A stretch of 33,746 bases of DNA from a virus. How positions within the stretch are numbered: position 1 is the first letter of the stretch; each line of letters opens with the position of its first letter. Shown here piece after piece: positions 1 to 6,743 of the stretch. Under the pieces are notes generated by a model, which saw only the letters and a list, made by a program, of their open reading frames with translations, did not search any database and was not told the origin of the DNA. The position numbers and the translations under genes are program-made. Location: the IMG/VR virus record IMGVR_UViG_3300001102_000004, positions 1-33,746 of that record. One strand, given 5' to 3'.

Positions 1-49
1 CCGCTAGTAATGGCATTCTATAAATTACTGACGTATCGTTATTGGCTTG
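1..49. repeat. Terminal direct repeat, copy A. Identical to 33698-33746. Most likely a circular-assembly overlap.
   Basis: The 49-nt string ccgctagtaatggcattctataaattactgacgtatcgttattggcttg is present at both window ends. One reading frame runs through the junction without interruption. Confidence 0.95.
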
Positions 50-424
50 CTTATTTTCTATAGAGTATGTGTTAAACTTTCCGTCGTTATGTAGTCCAGG
101 ATCAATTTTATTGTATTTGTTTATTACTGTATCTATATTTTCAGCTTTTAAATATTTGTAGACGCGCTTTTTATTAGTGTCCGCGCTATTTACATTTAAC
201 GTGCCGTCATTGTATAACTCTCCAGTTAAAACTGTGTCTGTGTACAATGTTGAACCTTTGGATAAAACAGGAGTTAAAAATAGGTCCTGAGACTCTACGT
301 TTAAATCTGCTTTGATACTAAGCTCTGTTTTGTCGGTTTTTTCTTTTACTAAGCTAGAACCGTAACTAACTCACATAAATGCGAATAACATCAACATTGA
401 TAGAATTGGTATTAATTTTCTCAT
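1..424 (-). CDS. Secreted/lipoprotein-like protein, 5' part. It wraps the contig junction and continues at 33697 down to 33639. It is interrupted by an in-frame TGA at 371-373.
   Basis: The ATG at 424-422 starts MRKLIPILSMLMLFAFM, a signal-peptide-like sequence, followed by TGA. The same frame then stays open for 123 codons to base 1; I checked it triplet by triplet. It is not in the ORF track because it runs off the window edge. Confidence 0.55.
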
Positions 425-428
425 ACTG

Positions 429-455
429 TAAAGATAAAAAATATACAAGCACAAA
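429..455 (-). promoter_or_regulatory. Promoter-like element, N15 class: TTTG-N15-TATCTTTA, 4 nt upstream of the ATG at 424
   Basis: The minus strand reads TTTGtgcttgtatatttttTATCTTTAcagtATG. This is the same architecture as the element upstream of the portal gene. Confidence 0.4.
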
Positions 456-483
456 AAAACCCCATCTAAATTAATAAACGGGG
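453..483 (-). terminator. Rho-independent terminator downstream of CDS 538-876
   Basis: The minus strand reads CCCCGtttattaatttagatGGGG followed by TTTTTTT. Confidence 0.6.
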
Positions 484-537
484 CTATCGAACTGAAAAGA
501 TAAGCCTATGGCGACTTAAAGAGTTTAAAGTTAATAA

Positions 538-876
538 TTATTTTTTCTTAACCTTAGTTTTTTTAGTTTCTTTTTTAACCTCTACTACTAGCTCCCCTAT
601 AATCTCCTCTGAAAGTATGGTTATTTTAGACGATACAATGTCGTATCTGTGTTTAACAGGAGTTATTTTTTCCTCGATCGCTTTAACTTCCTTGTTAATT
701 TCTTCTCTAAGCTCTTCCTTTTTCTTGTCCTTAACCTTTTGCTCTACTTTTAATTTTTCAATCTCATAGTATTGCTGTTGGCTTTTTTGGTGGACGATGT
801 TTTGCTGCTGTCTAAGCTCTGCAATTTGTCTGCCGTAATGCGATTGTACTACTACGTAGTCCTGTAATGTTCTCAT
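538..876 (-). CDS. Hypothetical coiled-coil, lysine-rich protein
   Basis: 112-aa ORF with an ATG start, co-oriented with its neighbours and flanked by hairpin terminators. The sequence is heptad-like and rich in K and E. Confidence 0.65.
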   Translation of the reverse strand: MRTLQDYVVVQSHYGRQIAELRQQQNIVHQKSQQQYYEIEKLKVEQKVKDKKKEELREEINKEVKAIEEKITPVKHRYDIVSSKITILSEEIIGELVVEVKKETKKTKVKKK

Positions 877-895
877 GTTGTTTGTTGGTTTATAT

Positions 896-921
896 AAAAG
901 GGGATGAAGCTAACCCCTTTT
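896..921 (-). terminator. Hairpin terminator, possibly bidirectional, closing the PAP2 unit
   Basis: AAAAGGGG-10 nt-CCCCTTTT. T-runs follow it on both strands. Confidence 0.5.
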
Positions 922-962
922 GGTTTTTTTGTTGATCTTAAATAGAACGAAGCCACATTTTT

Positions 963-1163
963 TTAATTTATTTTATTTATCTCCTCCAGGTATATTTTTT
1001 CCATATCTTTTAGGACCTGGTTAATTAGCTTTATTATTTTAAGTTTGTCGGGAATATCTGAGGCATAAAATACAGGTGGTACTGGTTTTTGCGTATCTAC
1101 CTCCAACGGTTTAATTATAATAAAATCTTTTAGTAGGTGTTTACTGAATTTTGTACTCTCCAA
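963..1163 (-). CDS. Hypothetical small protein (needs a TTG start)
   Basis: 66-aa ORF whose translation looks like a normal protein. Its first codon is TTG, with no in-frame ATG near the 5' end. It overlaps the PAP2 gene end by 23 nt. Confidence 0.45.
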   Translation of the reverse strand: MESTKFSKHLLKDFIIIKPLEVDTQKPVPPVFYASDIPDKLKIIKLINQVLKDMEKIYLEEINKIN

Positions 1164-1977
1164 TTACCTCAGGTTTAAAATATCTCTCCAGGCCTCCTAC
1201 TATTAAACCTCCTACATTGTCTATTGCGTGATGCACTCCTGCTAAGGTTCTACATTGCGCCCAAATATAAGCTGTATCAATTAAAACTTTAATCTGTTCC
1301 TCTGTAATTTCGGGAAATTCTTTAATAAGAGACGATATGCCACCAGCCGCAGCCCCTGCATGTCCAGCCGTAAAACTTGGATGGTTAGGGCATCCCTCAG
1401 AATAAGCTGTTAATAACGTTCCGTCTATGTCAGTTTCTTGCTCGTAAACCTCCTCGGGCCTCTCTAGGCCGTAATAATACTTAACCTCAAACGATCTAAC
1501 TAAACCTTTTTGTATTCCGTCAGTTATTTGCTCTTGTACTTGTGGTAGAGACTCTAAAAAATTAATATGGTCTGCTGTGTGGGTTCTAACATTCGCTCCT
1601 TGTGATAATAACCATTTGTGAGCTGCAAAAGGCATGTCTGTAGGTAAATCCATGTGGACCACGTTTGCTAACCCTTTTGGGTCGTCAAAGCTTAACCCCT
1701 CGTTTTTCAAAGGTTGTGTAATTTCCTCAGGGAAAACTCCGTTATAAGGATAATATTTTTCAAAAAACCATCTTGGGAAAATACCCTTTTCAACTTCATG
1801 CCTTACCTGCTGTACTTCTCTCAAACTTTCGTACTTTTTAAAACTCCCTGGTATCTTTACGTTGTGATGGTAACCTACCTTAGGGTTAACTAACCTAGAG
1901 TCTGTTATAGAGTCTAAGTTTTGCTGGTCTACTGGGTATATTAATTCGTTTCCGTTTGCTCCTTTTTTGAAAAACAT
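1141..1977 (-). CDS. PAP2-superfamily enzyme (acid phosphatase / vanadium-dependent haloperoxidase-like)
   Basis: All three PAP2 motifs occur in order: KYYYGLERP (K-x6-RP), HPSFTAGHA (PSGH-type) and CRTLAGVHHAID (R-x5-H-x3-D). I see no signal peptide or TM segment. Confidence 0.8.
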   Translation of the reverse strand: MFFKKGANGNELIYPVDQQNLDSITDSRLVNPKVGYHHNVKIPGSFKKYESLREVQQVRHEVEKGIFPRWFFEKYYPYNGVFPEEITQPLKNEGLSFDDPKGLANVVHMDLPTDMPFAAHKWLLSQGANVRTHTADHINFLESLPQVQEQITDGIQKGLVRSFEVKYYYGLERPEEVYEQETDIDGTLLTAYSEGCPNHPSFTAGHAGAAAGGISSLIKEFPEITEEQIKVLIDTAYIWAQCRTLAGVHHAIDNVGGLIVGGLERYFKPEVIGEYKIQ

Positions 1978-1998
1978 ATTTTTTAAATTTTGTTAATA

Positions 1999-2006
1999 CA
2001 AATATA
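1999..2006 (-). promoter_or_regulatory. Bacteroidota-type -7 box (TATATTTG) in the 30-nt gap upstream of the PAP2 gene
   Basis: Perfect TAnnTTTG, 21 nt before the ATG at 1977. The upstream element is only a weak TTTA at N21. Confidence 0.35.
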
Positions 2007-2007
2007 G

Positions 2008-2385
2008 TTAAAATTTCGGGTAATTATTAAAGTATTCTTTTTCTAGGTCGTCAATCTCAAAATTAAATTCATTTTTAAAAATTATTTTTTGGTGATTGTT
2101 AATCATTCTGTCAACTTCTATAAGTTTTTTTAGTATAACCTCTAATGGTTTTTCTACGTTTTCGTAGTAATCCCTACACATATCTCTAACTTTTTTAGGG
2201 TAATCCATGCAGTTTATAGATTGTTTTACGTTTAGATGCCTATTTACTGTGGCTCCTTTTGATTTTTCCCTAAGCCTGTGTATATCTCCTAGCATTTTTT
2301 TTCCTGATATTCTTATTCTTTTTAGCTCAAATTGTAAAATCCTCCTCTCCTTGTACTCCCATACATCTTTATATTTTACACTCAT
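2008..2385 (-). CDS. Hypothetical protein
   Basis: 125-aa ORF with an ATGA overlap to the upstream gene. Confidence 0.65.
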   Translation of the reverse strand: MSVKYKDVWEYKERRILQFELKRIRISGKKMLGDIHRLREKSKGATVNRHLNVKQSINCMDYPKKVRDMCRDYYENVEKPLEVILKKLIEVDRMINNHQKIIFKNEFNFEIDDLEKEYFNNYPKF

Positions 2386-2816
2386 ACGTTAGAGCTTTTT
2401 TTACTTTGTTCGTATTCTTTTTTTAGGCAGCTTATCCTTTGACTTACCGCGTCGTCAACTTTGTTGACAGATTGAAAAAGTAATTTTATTCTTTGGTATT
2501 CACTTTCGGCATTAACTCTGTTTCTTGTCTCCTCCTCTATTGCTATTGTTGCTTTAGTTTCCGCCTCTCCTATTTTGGAACCATCTTTTATGTAGTTGTT
2601 TTTTGATATGGCCTGGTTAATTTTCTGTTTCATGTATGAAATACCAAAACGGTTATGCGATTTAGCTAGTTCTGATGATAAAAAAGCGTTGTGAGTTACT
2701 AACTGGTCTCTAAAACTTAGAAGAGTTGTTATACTCATTGTTTCGCTATCGCTGTAATATGTTTCTATCATTTCTTGCAGCGTTTTCTCTACTTCTTTTG
2801 TGTTTGAAAAACTCAT
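2382..2816 (-). CDS. Hypothetical protein
   Basis: 144-aa ORF that ends in TGA inside an ATGA overlap. Confidence 0.65.
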   Translation of the reverse strand: MSFSNTKEVEKTLQEMIETYYSDSETMSITTLLSFRDQLVTHNAFLSSELAKSHNRFGISYMKQKINQAISKNNYIKDGSKIGEAETKATIAIEEETRNRVNAESEYQRIKLLFQSVNKVDDAVSQRISCLKKEYEQSKKSSNV

Positions 2817-2822
2817 ATTTTT

Positions 2823-3155
2823 TTATTTTTGATATTCACAAATTTTAAAATTAATAAACTCATCACCTTTTTTAACATCTGTTTTAAACATTGCTAAACA
2901 ATATATTTGATTATCGTTAAACTGGTATTTTTCCTGCAGAACATCTATAAAAGGTTTTGCTACATTATCTATGTCAGCTCCTTTATTGCTAAGTCCTGCC
3001 TCAATCATTAACATTAATCTCTCTTTAGGAGTGTTAATATTATTAGGTAAAATAAAAAGTAAATCACGTCTATATTTTTTGTATTTGTCTGTTTTAAACC
3101 TGCGTCCTTTCCATGCTTCGTTAACGCTCATGGGTTTTATATCTAATCTATACAT
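2823..3155 (-). CDS. rusA: RusA-family Holliday junction resolvase
   Basis: MSVNEAW...R near the N-terminus, plus GADIDNVAKPFIDVL and NDNQI. These match the RusA acidic catalytic pattern (D-x-D-N..K...D.L ... D/N-D-x-Q-I). The 110-aa size also fits. Confidence 0.7.
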   Translation of the reverse strand: MYRLDIKPMSVNEAWKGRRFKTDKYKKYRRDLLFILPNNINTPKERLMLMIEAGLSNKGADIDNVAKPFIDVLQEKYQFNDNQIYCLAMFKTDVKKGDEFINFKICEYQK

Positions 3156-3262
3156 GTTAAATGAATTATTATTATAGCTATTCCTGCAGAAACTAAAAAA
3201 GCTCCCACCATTCCAATTATTAATCCTACTTTAAAACTATACTCGTCAATGTTAAACTTCAT
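3143..3262 (-). CDS. Possible 39-aa membrane peptide (below the ORF-track cutoff)
   Basis: Hand translation gives MKFNIDEYSFKVGLIIGMVGAFLVSAGIAIIIIHLTCID. It fills the otherwise empty 3156-3251 gap and overlaps both neighbours. Confidence 0.35.
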   Translation of the reverse strand: MKFNIDEYSFKVGLIIGMVGAFLVSAGIAIIIIHLTCID

Positions 3263-3449
3263 AAGCTGCTAATATTTTTATTATTCTTTTGTAATAAGGC
3301 ATAAAACCTTTATTTCCTGGTTGTCCTTTTAAAAATGATAAGTGAGTGTTTATTGTTGTCTTTGGGTTTTTTATTTTCTCGTTCCCGTTAATAACTAAAA
3401 CTTTGTCGTTTTTTACCTTTTTAATTCTGTTAATTAATCTAGGGTCCAT
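3252..3449 (-). CDS. Hypothetical small basic protein (start moved to MDPRL)
   Basis: The track ORF is 3252-3497. The ATG at 3449 reduces the overlap with the upstream gene from 64 nt to 16 nt. Confidence 0.5.
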   Translation of the reverse strand: MDPRLINRIKKVKNDKVLVINGNEKIKNPKTTINTHLSFLKGQPGNKGFMPYYKRIIKILAAYEV

Positions 3450-4144
3450 AATCCCTCCTTTTTCCTGTTTTCTATTTCTTTTATTATGGGGCCGCAAAAC
3501 TCCTCGTATCTTACCACATTAGTTTTCCAGTAATCAACTATTGATACCAACTGAAAGTCTTTAAAAGTTGGCGCGTAATCCTCATAGTATTTTAATTGGT
3601 CCTCAAATGATGGCTTTTTTAACTGATCCATAGGAGGTGTTTTTTCCTTTCTTTTTATTTGAGCCTTTATTTTACTCCAATCAATTTTATTTGAATCGTC
3701 TAATATTGGCTCAGGTGTTTTATCCATAGCGTTTAACTTAACCTTTTGTTTGTGCTTAACCCTTTCTCTAAAGTCGGCTTTTAAATCTAAATATTTAGGA
3801 ATCCAGGTATTTAATATAATTGAATTGTCAAACCTCAGCTTATCAAATTTTGAGCTTAAAAGTCCAGTCCTACCCATTTTAAGCATGTTTGCTATATCTT
3901 CTATGTTTTCTGTTCTATGTATATCTATAACGTCAAAAGCTAACATTGTCGCCTGATCTATTCCGTATGTTGAAGAGAAATTTTTAGCTGTTCTCATTAA
4001 CATAAATACAATAGATTTTACTATAGTTTTTTCATCTTTTTTTATCAGGCTAGCTATACTGGTTCCGTTATAAGCAGACTCTATAGTTAGTTTTCTCTCT
4101 ATTAGCGATAGCTCAAAGTCATTTGTTTTAGCTATACAGCTCAT
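3434..4144 (-). CDS. Hypothetical protein in the replication module (an alternative start at 4210 is possible)
   Basis: The track ORF is 3434-4210. The start at 4144 (MSCIAK) limits the overlap with the upstream gene to 17 nt. Confidence 0.6.
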   Translation of the reverse strand: MSCIAKTNDFELSLIERKLTIESAYNGTSIASLIKKDEKTIVKSIVFMLMRTAKNFSSTYGIDQATMLAFDVIDIHRTENIEDIANMLKMGRTGLLSSKFDKLRFDNSIILNTWIPKYLDLKADFRERVKHKQKVKLNAMDKTPEPILDDSNKIDWSKIKAQIKRKEKTPPMDQLKKPSFEDQLKYYEDYAPTFKDFQLVSIVDYWKTNVVRYEEFCGPIIKEIENRKKEGLWTLD

Positions 4145-4907
4145 CAATGCTGTTGTTAATTTCTGTGGCTGTGTCGTTATTTGATTGTGTTTTTTTGTTC
4201 CCTGTTCCATTTCTTTTAGATTGTGCGTAAAGCGTTGTAAATTGTTTTCTTAGTTTCTCGGGTGATTGTATGTTAGGCTTCCAAAAATCGCTAACCTGTA
4301 AAAACTTATATACAGCTGTCATTTGATCCCTAGTTATACCATCCCTCTCAATCATTAACCTAATACAGTCTATCCATTTTTTCGCGGCCCCCTGGTTTAA
4401 TTTTTTTAAAGGAGCGTTTATGTCTGTTAAATTCTTTTTTATTAATTGGTAAAAAGCATCTGCAGCTAAATAATAATCTTTAAATTTTTTCGGAACTTGT
4501 GATATGTTAATATCACTTATTGTTATTTTATTATCTATTACATTATCATTAACAGTTACATTATCATTAACAGTTACATTATCATTATCAGGTTTTCTAG
4601 GTTCTAAATTAACCTGCTGGGTTTTTTGGGTTTCTTTAGGATTGTTTTTTATCCTAGGCCTACCTCCTTTTTTACCGTTTAATCTACTCCTTTCCGCTCT
4701 GTCTTTAAACTTTAGTAAATCTCTTTTAAGTTGCTGTTTTATAGGGGTAAAAGCTAAGTTTATAATAAGGTCGTCTGTCGCTGGGTTTTCGTCGTTCACA
4801 TACTTAAATATATGCTTTATTAACTCTCCTGCTTTTTCGTTAGGTAATTGTTCGAATAGTTCTTTTTGGTCTGCGTAGAGTAAAAAACCCTTTTTGTTTT
4901 CAGCCAT
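4128..4907 (-). CDS. Putative replication initiator/organiser (DUF6291-like N-terminus) with an internal DNVTVN repeat linker
   Basis: MAENKKGFLLYADQKELFEQLPNEKAGELIKHIF followed by a basic GKKGGRPR stretch, as I recall from phage replication organisers. The track ORF extends to a GTG at 4970 through dyad-rich sequence, so I prefer the ATG at 4907. Confidence 0.55.
   Translation of the reverse strand: MAENKKGFLLYADQKELFEQLPNEKAGELIKHIFKYVNDENPATDDLIINLAFTPIKQQLKRDLLKFKDRAERSRLNGKKGGRPRIKNNPKETQKTQQVNLEPRKPDNDNVTVNDNVTVNDNVIDNKITISDINISQVPKKFKDYYLAADAFYQLIKKNLTDINAPLKKLNQGAAKKWIDCIRLMIERDGITRDQMTAVYKFLQVSDFWKPNIQSPEKLRKQFTTLYAQSKRNGTGNKKTQSNNDTATEINNSIDELYS
4499..4516. repeat. 7-bp perfect inverted repeat (GTGATAT gtta ATATCAC) next to the iterons
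   Basis: Read directly from the sequence. Confidence 0.8.
4551..4598. repeat. Tandem 18-bp repeat, acattatcattaacagtt, about 2.7 copies. Iteron-like and located inside the replication gene.
   Basis: Units at 4551-4568 and 4569-4586 are identical. 4587-4598 is a partial third copy. Confidence 0.9.
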
Positions 4908-5022
4908 AATTTTAATTTTTGTGCATAAAAAAACCTTATCAGGATCAGCTATAAGTGGAACACGCATCACCCAATAAGGTAAAAAAATCTTTTCGTTTAA
5001 CCTGTTCCACTAGGTCAACAAT
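4908..5022 (-). promoter_or_regulatory. Dyad-rich leader or regulatory region upstream of the replication gene
   Basis: GTGGAACA (4955-4962) and TGTTCCAC (5003-5010) form an 8-bp inverted repeat. CCTTAT/ATAAGG (4934-4939 and 4974-4979) is followed on the minus strand by T7. Confidence 0.35.
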
Positions 5023-5053
5023 TAAATATACTTATTTTGGTTTTAATTCCAAA
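5023..5053 (-). promoter_or_regulatory. Candidate host-type promoter: TTTG-N19-TATATTTA
   Basis: The minus strand reads TTTGgaattaaaaccaaaataagTATATTTA. The spacing is canonical, but the last box base is A rather than G. Confidence 0.35.
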
Positions 5054-5403
5054 ATTATCTCACATAATCTAGGGTTAATTTCCAAAAAATACGGAGCCTT
5101 TTTTATCCATTTATTATATACTTTTATTCTGTAGTTTTTCCTTGTCTTTTTCTGTTCGTCAGGGTTGGTTACTATTTCAAAAAAAGAATATCTGCCTCCT
5201 TTGTCTATTTTTTTAATTAATCCTAACTCCTCTAAATCTGAAAGTCTACCACCCCAAATAGACGTGTTAGGTCCTAGAAAAAAAGTTAGTTTCTCAAAGG
5301 TATTATGCCCCTCCTTTATCAGGTTGTAAACCTGTTGTTTTTGAGTAGTATACAGGCCCTCCTCTATATTTTTTATATGGGTTCTTGTTTTTGGAGTTAA
5401 CAT
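5032..5403 (-). CDS. Putative winged-helix DNA-binding protein
   Basis: 123-aa ORF. QKQQVYNLIKEGHNTFEKL...LSDLEELGLIKKIDKGGRYSFFEI looks like an HTH followed by a beta wing. Confidence 0.45.
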   Translation of the reverse strand: MLTPKTRTHIKNIEEGLYTTQKQQVYNLIKEGHNTFEKLTFFLGPNTSIWGGRLSDLEELGLIKKIDKGGRYSFFEIVTNPDEQKKTRKNYRIKVYNKWIKKAPYFLEINPRLCEIILELKPK

Positions 5404-5407
5404 ATTT

Positions 5408-5818
5408 TTAGTTTTTAGTAAATGATAGTGAGCTACTTCTTTTTTTCTCTACTGGCTTTGGTTGAATAACCCCGTCCTCATCCCAAACCTCCTCAGTTCG
5501 TAACCTAGTTTCTAATGCTTTCAATTCATTGTTTAACTTAACCCACATAGGGCAGTTTTTATAGTCGTAATATTTACCCCCTTTTTTAACGCTAATTGAG
5601 TGCCCAGCTACTGCGTATTTTTCTCCTTTTTCTGAAAGTGTTTTTTTAATAGAGTCCTTAATTATTGGCTCCACTTTTTTAAAGTTTTTCTCAAATATTT
5701 TAATTAAAGCGAATAACTCAAACTCGTTAATATTACCCCCCTCCTGCAGCTCGTTTTTAATACTGTCAAAGGTCATGCTTATATTAGATACTGTTAAATT
5801 TACGTTTTGTAGTTTCAT
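5408..5818 (-). CDS. Hypothetical protein
   Basis: 136-aa ORF, tightly packed against its neighbours. Confidence 0.65.
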   Translation of the reverse strand: MKLQNVNLTVSNISMTFDSIKNELQEGGNINEFELFALIKIFEKNFKKVEPIIKDSIKKTLSEKGEKYAVAGHSISVKKGGKYYDYKNCPMWVKLNNELKALETRLRTEEVWDEDGVIQPKPVEKKRSSSLSFTKN

Positions 5819-5819
5819 C

Positions 5820-6383
5820 TTATTTGTTTTTTAAAGTTTCGGTTAATACTATTTTTTGCTCATCTGTTAAAGCCCTTTTAGTTAAAGCTAAATTAATATC
5901 CTCTTTTGTTCCTTTTTCTATTAAGTACTTCATTCCTGAGTCGTCAATAGGTTTTTTTGTTGCCTTTTGTTTTTTGCCTGTATTTTGTAACGAGCTTATA
6001 TTTTTAGCTTTGTTTATTTCGTCTACACTAGCTATACTATCTACTAGGCCTATTCCAGCCATTGCGCAAGCTCTTCCTATTGCGGATGTTTCGCAGTTCT
6101 CCAGCGCGCTTGTTTTGTTAATGTAGCCGTCCCCTATAATTTCCTGGGCCGTTCCATGATAAACCCTCTTTAAAGGGCCTAAAGTCTCTGCGTATGGATT
6201 ATCTACAGAGTGTATTATTAATTCAGCTTTAACTATAAACATTTTCAGGTCCTCTATAAACTCGTAATTTGTTGTTATTGAGTAATCGAAATTATTAGCT
6301 AAAAATATTATACGCTCGTGTACTTGCGTGTATTTTTTCCCTTTAATGTCTACGCTTTTTAATATTTCAGTTCTTTTTTTCAT
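5820..6383 (-). CDS. Putative Rad52/Sak-like single-strand annealing protein
   Basis: KTSALENCETSAIGRACAMAGIGL resembles the conserved Rad52-type A.T.A.(K/G)RA...GIG helix. It lies in a recombination module together with RusA. Confidence 0.45.
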   Translation of the reverse strand: MKKRTEILKSVDIKGKKYTQVHERIIFLANNFDYSITTNYEFIEDLKMFIVKAELIIHSVDNPYAETLGPLKRVYHGTAQEIIGDGYINKTSALENCETSAIGRACAMAGIGLVDSIASVDEINKAKNISSLQNTGKKQKATKKPIDDSGMKYLIEKGTKEDINLALTKRALTDEQKIVLTETLKNK

Positions 6384-6384
6384 G

Positions 6385-6597
6385 TTAAAATAATTTATTA
6401 GGTTCTGTTAATAATGCTCTGCAGATTTTTCTTATATCATCTGCGTAAAATTTTCCGCTGCCTTTTATTAATTGGCTTATTTTACTGCTTGGATTTTCTA
6501 ACTCAGGGTAAACTATGCGGCCTAAATCTTTTAGAGTTATCTTTTTATGGGCCTCGTTATATTCTTCTAGTGCTTTTTTAATTTTAAGTCCTGCCAT
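6385..6597 (-). CDS. XRE/Cro-like helix-turn-helix regulator
   Basis: 70 aa. ITLKDLGRIVYPELENPSSKISQLIKG fits an HTH. It follows a dyad-rich intergenic region. Confidence 0.5.
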   Translation of the reverse strand: MAGLKIKKALEEYNEAHKKITLKDLGRIVYPELENPSSKISQLIKGSGKFYADDIRKICRALLTEPNKLF

Positions 6598-6743
6598 TTT
6601 AATTGTTTAATTTATAATAATATGATTTTTCTACCCAAAATTTTCTAGTCTCCCATAGTATTAAAAAATGGCTTTGGGTTTTTGCCATAATTATACCTTT
6701 AAGGCATGCCCGAAATATATCAGGCATAACCATTAATTTTTTT
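6598..6743 (-). promoter_or_regulatory. 146-nt intergenic region with two hairpins (6706-6727; 6663-6688 plus a T5 run) and repeated ATGCC/GGCAT half-sites
   Basis: On the minus strand ATGCCTGA-tatatt-TCGGGCAT forms an 8-bp stem with one G.U pair. ATGGC-11 nt-GCCAT is followed by TTTTT. Confidence 0.4.

Noticed and set aside
1-49. The 49-bp identical ends as a biological direct terminal repeat
   Set aside because: The length is in the k-mer range, and an ORF reads straight through the junction. That fits an assembler's circular overlap better. It cannot be excluded without read-level terminus data.
371-373. Genome-wide TGA reassignment (to Trp or Gly) as the explanation for the in-frame TGA
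   Set aside because: TGA serves as the terminal codon of at least three ORFs in ATGA-coupled junctions (2382, 29083, 32623). The large genes (1114 and 1187 aa) have uninterrupted standard-code frames with sensible ends.
330-373. Selenocysteine insertion at the TGA
   Set aside because: Downstream I find only a weak 5-bp CGGUU/AACCG pairing with a 19-nt loop. Nothing resembles a bacterial SECIS hairpin at the required distance.
4551-4598. The 18-bp tandem repeat as a CRISPR-like array
   Set aside because: The repeats are directly adjacent with no spacers and are in-frame coding sequence. They are interpreted as iterons or a linker repeat instead.
6690-6695. A perfect sigma-70 style TATAAT on the minus strand in the 6598-6743 gap
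   Set aside because: There is no matching TTGACA at an appropriate distance. The other promoter evidence in this genome is of the Bacteroidota TTTG/TAnnTTTG type. A TATAAT hexamer is expected by chance in DNA this AT-rich.
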